A DNA stretch of 64,000 nt from Chiloscyllium plagiosum (Eukaryota), in NCBI RefSeq assembly GCF_004010195.1, contig NC_057728.1, positions 42,274,469 to 42,338,468 of the forward strand. Direction: 5' to 3'. Positions 61,401 to 64,000 of the stretch are shown here, piece by piece (position 1 is the first letter of the stretch; each line of letters opens with the position of its first letter). The notes below the pieces were generated by a model. That model saw nothing but the letters and a program-made list of their open reading frames with translations. It made no database searches and was not told the origin of the DNA. The translations under genes were made by a program, and so were the position numbers.

Positions 61401-62551
61401 CCTCATTAAATTGATTTCGGCATACAACCAGCATCTTTGGTATTTTTTGGCTAAACACCTACTTGAATTTGAGGTAGACATGATGTGTAAGTGATAGCGT
61501 TGGACTGGGTTGGACAAGATCAAAAATTTGAAAACATGCTTTTGAAGGAGCATTGCTCCGAAAGCTAGTGTTTTCAAATAAACCCCTTGGACTATAACCT
61601 GGTGTCGTGCGATTTTTGAATTGGAGGTCGACAGCAGAAGGAAACATGTTTGATACGATGCCATGAAATTTCATGGGGTCCAGCATCACTTGAGACGTTG
61701 AGGCATTTGAAACATTTCTGACACCACCTAACAGGAGCTTAGCTCCAAGGACTTTATTACATTACCAGAAGAAGTGCAATGATTCCAAGAGTAATTAAGG
61801 TAAGAATACAACTCCCTCATTACCTGCTCATACCTCAACCACCTACAGCCTTAGAACTCACATTATTCTTATTGCCCGCTTTCCTTCACACTTCATGGAA
61901 ATCAGTAGGGTTATTTGGGAACTTAGAGAAAAGGGTTCTCTTGCTGCCTTCCTGTTTCAACCCTAGAGTTAGATTTATCAGGACCACTCAGTCCTGAGTA
62001 AATCTGCTTTGAAGGTTGTGAGCAATATTCATTTATGAAAGAGAACAAAGTGCATCTAAGTTATTTCATAATACGATTGAGGGTTTTCCAAAAACATGTC
62101 AAAACATTTCCCAGTTCCACACTGTCACTAGGGGTGAGAAATTAACAGGGATATTGCTAATAACCATTACAATATACACAGCCACCATTATAAATGTTCT
62201 CTGTTCAAACCAGACTTTTTTTTCGCAGAAAGGGTTTCGTAAACTCGAATTTAAAATAGGCAATGTGCCAAGTAAAATACCAAGACAAAACTTTTCAAAG
62301 ATAGTACACTTCCAGTCCTCTTAGATGTATTCACTTGTAATTTACTACTGCACACATGCAGACACAGACAGTTCTACAGCACTAGTGGAGGGAAGCAAAA
62401 GAGTTCCAATTAGACCGGACATTACCTTCACTATTTGAATGCCCATAGAATCATCATCAGGGTTGCTCCTATCATTGAAAGCAAAACGCATGGTCTTCTC
62501 CCAGTCAATTGAGATACTGTGCAAGTACTGATCTGCTAGAGTCAGCCAAAC
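30639..62551 (-). CDS. TBC1D30: TBC1 domain family member 30 (Rab GTPase-activating protein), 5'-partial. Exons: 62426-62551, 56248-56433, 55479-55647, 51815-51983, 46866-46971, 40453-40565, 39741-39877, 36531-36740, 30639-31402
   Basis: The spliced translation is continuous (1980 nt) with GT..AG introns and matching phases. It closely resembles vertebrate TBC1D30 as I recall it (VWLTLAD..., SNPDDDSMGIQIVKDLHRTGC, YCQGFN, YEPPLTNVFTMQWFLTLF, ARNLGLYGPTERTPTVHFP). The TBC arginine finger (IxxDxxR) and glutamine finger (YxQ) are intact. Confidence 0.96.
31811..31836 (+). repeat. (TAGA)n microsatellite
   Basis: tagatagatggatagatagatagata. Confidence 0.8.
32366..32681. mobile_element. Inverted pair of Penelope-type terminal repeats containing an 88-bp CR1-derived insert
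   Basis: 32401-32478 is the reverse complement of 32497-32532 joined to 32641-32681. The GAAGGAGC..GCTCCGAAAGCT motif also occurs at about 61543-61568. Confidence 0.7.
34729..34800 (-). CDS. TBC1D30: Candidate alternative 72-nt TBC1D30 exon: (G)TEDEINPGIIPDPRDKLNNTIER
   Basis: Strong polypyrimidine tract (tttctgtttcttttatcag|), donor GAA|gttagt, open in the required phase 1/1, length divisible by 3. Confidence 0.5.
35165..35765 (-). mobile_element. CR1 3' fragment
   Basis: Similar to the HER1-like copies at 2828 and 38508. Confidence 0.85.
35808..36132 (+). mobile_element. Old tRNA-derived SINE with L2-like tail
   Basis: GTGGTGCTGTAGTG head, TTTGAATCCTGCC B-box-like motif, CTGGTTCAC...CCTTACCTGGTCTGGCCTA core, GGGATGGGCA...ATAAAT tail. 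Confidence 0.6.
36278..36402 (-). mobile_element. HE1 SINE 3' fragment with (TTAGA)n tail
   Basis: Matches the 3' ends of the copies at 4953 and 9525. Confidence 0.88.
36531..36740 (-). CDS. TBC1D30: TBC1D30 exon, 210 nt: (D)QQDEQILKSSNIAELSPGAID...MMMERMTTDINALKRQYVRMKKRQQQQQAHLIFIKA
   Basis: Acceptor ctccag|AT, donor G|gtaaaa, phase 1/1. Lies within ORF 36454..36798. Confidence 0.93.
36872..37084. mobile_element. Tc1/mariner-pogo (Tigger-like) MITE
   Basis: Imperfect TIRs CAGCCAGTTCTGCTATAATGC / GCGTTATTAGCAGAATGACCTG; TA on the left flank, CA on the right. Confidence 0.65.
38508..39018 (-). mobile_element. CR1 (HER1-like) 3' fragment with internal deletion
   Basis: ORFs 38703..39026 (LVRPLLEYCVQF) and 38585..38791 (FTQRVVRVWNELP). 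Confidence 0.9.
39741..39877 (-). CDS. TBC1D30: TBC1D30 exon, 137 nt: (R)NPGKTKDSDEEIDLDDDDVIASAVGCLGPFSLLVPELQKYQKQEK
   Basis: Acceptor tttacag|A, donor G|gtaatc, phase 2/1. Confidence 0.92.
40453..40565 (-). CDS. TBC1D30: TBC1D30 exon, 113 nt: TLYSMAPFPFPQLAELREKYTYNINPFPAPVKSSDSQ
   Basis: Acceptor gttatag|ACT, donor CG|gtaagg, phase 0/2. Confidence 0.93.
41127..41897 (-). mobile_element. hAT (Charlie/Buster-type) internally deleted DNA transposon, inserted in an old CR1 fragment
   Basis: TIRs CAGAGGTGGGGAA / TTCCCCACCTCTG; 8-bp TSD TCTTAGAG / TCTTCGAG; ORF 41314..41625 encodes a hAT C-terminal dimerisation domain (TTYCCESTFS..KTPLRSQM...QQSH). Confidence 0.9.
42170..43040 (+). mobile_element. 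Old L2/CR1-type LINE 3' portion
   Basis: AATGACTTTCC...TTTGCTGATGA (FADD) and L2-like tail (CACCATCCTGACTTGGAA...ACTAGGGATAAGCA). Confidence 0.65.
43878..44212 (+). mobile_element. Older HE1-related SINE
   Basis: GGCAGCATGGTGGCTCAGTAGTTAGCACTG head and CCTCCCACAGTCCAAAGATGTGCAG core. Confidence 0.85.
46242..46286 (+). repeat. 10-bp tandem repeat (GAAATCAGGA), about 4 copies
   Basis: Read directly from the sequence. Confidence 0.8.
46866..46971 (-). CDS. TBC1D30: TBC1D30 exon, 106 nt: (E)RIESCQSADEFYCTMGKLTQEMLEDSLIDCNELMQ
   Basis: Acceptor tttaacag|A, donor CAG|gtcagt, phase 2/0. Confidence 0.93.
47722..48300 (-). mobile_element. Penelope-like element 3' end: GIY-YIG endonuclease fragment plus terminal repeat with hammerhead motif
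   Basis: ORF 47991..48323 (NVIYCIHCSRCGLLYIGETGRLLAERFREH...HFNSSSH); CCTGATGAAGGGCTTTTGCCCGAAA at 47826-47850 on the minus strand. Confidence 0.9.
48969..49189 (-). mobile_element. HE1 SINE with internal deletion
   Basis: Matches 9525-9830; (TTAGA/TTACA)n tail. Confidence 0.9.
49550..50240 (+). mobile_element. Non-autonomous retroposon with 5' CAAGATGGCGG (YY1-type) motif and AATTC-rich tail
   Basis: Splits the LINE GVPQ-LGP motif; tail CATGACAATGAAG...CTAATTCCAATTC resembles 23150-23234. Confidence 0.5.
51815..51983 (-). CDS. TBC1D30: TBC1D30 exon, 169 nt: (G)SYEPPLTNVFTMQWFLTLFATCLPNHTVLRIWDSVFFEGSEVILRVALAIWAKLG
   Basis: Acceptor ttgatag|GC, donor GA|gtaagt, phase 1/2. Contains the TBC WFLTLF and RIWD motifs. 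Confidence 0.95.
52120..53000 (-). mobile_element. CR1 3' fragment
   Basis: ORF 52610..52906 (KCEILHFGKTN...RSYRTLV) and a CR1 tail. Confidence 0.88.
53710..54511. mobile_element. Possible LTR fragment
   Basis: Begins TGTTACT and has LTR-like composition; no TSD found. Confidence 0.3.
54790..54916 (+). mobile_element. 127-bp Penelope terminal-repeat-derived insertion with hammerhead motif
   Basis: 16-bp TSD with 2 mismatches (CAACCAGTTGCTAATT 54774-54789 / CAATCAGTCGCTAATT 54917-54932). Begins TTTCCTGATGAAGAGTTTATGCCCGAAAC. Confidence 0.75.
55479..55647 (-). CDS. TBC1D30: TBC1D30 exon, 169 nt: VMIYLIDKVLPESYFANNLRALSVDMAVFRDLLRIKLPELSQYLDNLQKGANKESA
   Basis: Acceptor tatag|GTA, donor G|gtaaat. 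Overlaps ORF 55315..55644. Confidence 0.95.
56248..56433 (-). CDS. TBC1D30: TBC1D30 exon, 186 nt: DLHRTGCSSYCGQEAEQDRVMLKRVLLAYARWNKFVGYCQGFNVLAALILEVMEGNEGDALK
   Basis: Acceptor tttcaag|GAT, donor AAG|gtaaat. Carries the catalytic DxxR and YCQ motifs. Confidence 0.95.
57990..58595 (-). mobile_element. Old CR1 3' fragment with an HE1-related SINE (about 58105-58421) nested inside
   Basis: SINE core (AACCTGCACATCTTTGGAC, ACCACTGTGCCGCC) lies between two CR1 tail segments. Confidence 0.75.
59602..60307 (-). mobile_element. Solo LTR (Gypsy-like), 706 bp
   Basis: TGTTACGA...TCATAACA inverted termini; perfect 4-bp TSD GCAC (59598-59601, 60308-60311); AATAAA on the minus strand at 59726-59731. 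Confidence 0.88.
62426..62551 (-). CDS. TBC1D30: TBC1D30 exon, 126 nt: VWLTLADQYLHSISIDWEKTMRFAFNDRSNPDDDSMGIQIVK
   Basis: Acceptor tttcag|GTT, donor AAG|gtaatg, phase 0/0. Not present in the ORF track. Confidence 0.95.
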
Positions 62552-62879
62552 CTGAAAGGGAATAGATAGGACAATAAATTACAGTCAGTTAAAACTGATA
62601 AAGTTTCAGCAGATGCACTAGAAACACTAGAATATAAACAACTGATCTTTTCATCAGAAAGATGAAGGAGATCACTTATTGTAATGTCCACCTTTGAGTT
62701 TTCACAAAAATTATGTTCAATAACCAGCAACATTTAAATAAATTTGATCTTAAACGTGCTTTTCTTAAGTGTGTTAAGTTTATTTTGTTCCTTACATTAA
62801 AATAACGGTGAGCTATGGAAATTGGATTTACTGTAAGTGTGGTGTGCCTCTCATTCTCGCTCCATAGAAACAGAATTAA

Positions 62880-64000
62880 CGTATTGTGCCCAATGGCTTT
62901 TCCCATTCCTGGGTATACCCTGTCCCATCTTCAAAATAGACCCATCAGAGATGGTAACACAGTGGTATACTATCAGGAAGGAGTCGCCCTTGGGCTCCTC
63001 AACATTGAAGCTGGACTCCATGAAGTTTCATGGCATAAAGTCAAACATTGGCACAGAAATCTCCTGCTGAATACCACTCACCAGCCCATCTCAACTGATG
63101 AATCAGTACTCCTCCATTTTCAATATTGCTTGGAAGCCGCATTGAGGGTGCTAAGTGCACACAATGTACTCTGGGTCAGGGATCTTCAAAGTCTATCACA
63201 AATTGGCTTAGTAACACTACTACTGACCAAGCTGGTTGAGTACTGAATGATATAGTTGCTAGACTGGGTCCCCAGATGGCAATGATGGGGCCAATAAGAA
63301 GGAAACACCTATTTGACCTCATCCTCACTAATCTTACTGTCACAGATGAATGCATTCATGAGGGCATCAGAAAGAGTGAGCACCGTACAAGATCCATCTT
63401 CACATTGAGGATACCATCCATCAGGTTGTGTGGCTCTACCTCTTTGTCAAATGGGGTAGACATTGAAGTTTTAGAAACAAAAACTGGATGTTCAGAAGTG
63501 CTGTGGGCCATCTGCAGCAGACTTATACTCATCCAAAATTTGTAACCTCATAGCCTAGCATGTCTCCTACTCTGCCATTGCAAACAGACCAAGTTATCAA
63601 CCCCTGGTTTACTGCAGGAAGACATGCCGGAGGTCGCACTTAAAAATAAGGTGTCAATGTGGTGAAACTAAAGCACAGGACTAGTTGCATGTGAAAAAGC
63701 AGAAGCAATATGCAATCAATGGAGCTAAGCTATCCACAACCAACGATCAGATCTTAGTGCTGCAGTCCTGCCACGTCCTGTCATGAATGATGGGGTCAAT
63801 TAAACAACAGATAGGAGATGAAGGCTCCACAAATATGACCAATCTCAACAATGGGGGAGCCCAACACATCAGTATGAAAGACAAGGCTAAAGCAGTTGCA
63901 ATGATCTTTTACCAAAAGTGCCAAAATGAATGATCTATCTCAGCTTCCTCCCAAACTTCTCAGCATCACAGAAGCCAATATTCAACCAACTAAATCACTC
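62880..64000 (+). mobile_element. Decayed L2/CR1-type LINE ORF2 (endonuclease and linker)
   Basis: IPGYTLSHLQNRPIRDGNTVVY, LLLNTTHQP, NVLWVRD, HLFDLILTN. Confidence 0.75.

Overview
This is eukaryotic genomic DNA from a cartilaginous fish, most likely a shark. The basis is abundant HE1-type SINEs and HER1/CR1 LINEs, which are elasmobranch repeat families. One protein-coding gene is identifiable: the 3' part of TBC1D30 (a Rab-GAP) on the minus strand. I traced nine exons with GT-AG boundaries and consistent phases (62551 down to the stop at 30639; 1980 nt, 659 codons plus stop). Its 5' exons lie beyond the right edge of the window. There is also a candidate frame-preserving 72-nt extra exon at 34729-34800. 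The rest is intronic or intergenic DNA rich in often nested transposable elements: CR1/L2 LINEs, tRNA-derived SINEs, Penelope-like elements with hammerhead-ribozyme motifs, Gypsy/ERV LTRs and a pol relic, PIF/Harbinger transposase and Myb relics, a hAT deletion derivative with TIRs and an 8-bp TSD, and a Tigger-like MITE. There is one 214-N assembly gap and a CpG-rich orphan promoter-like region near 17.3 kb. Most ORFs in the supplied track are TE fragments or chance ORFs. I found no convincing wholly new biological system. The best leads are ~100-130 bp TSD-flanked mini-insertions that start at a hammerhead core, the extra TBC1D30 exon, and the orphan promoter. All family assignments are from motif recognition, not database searches.
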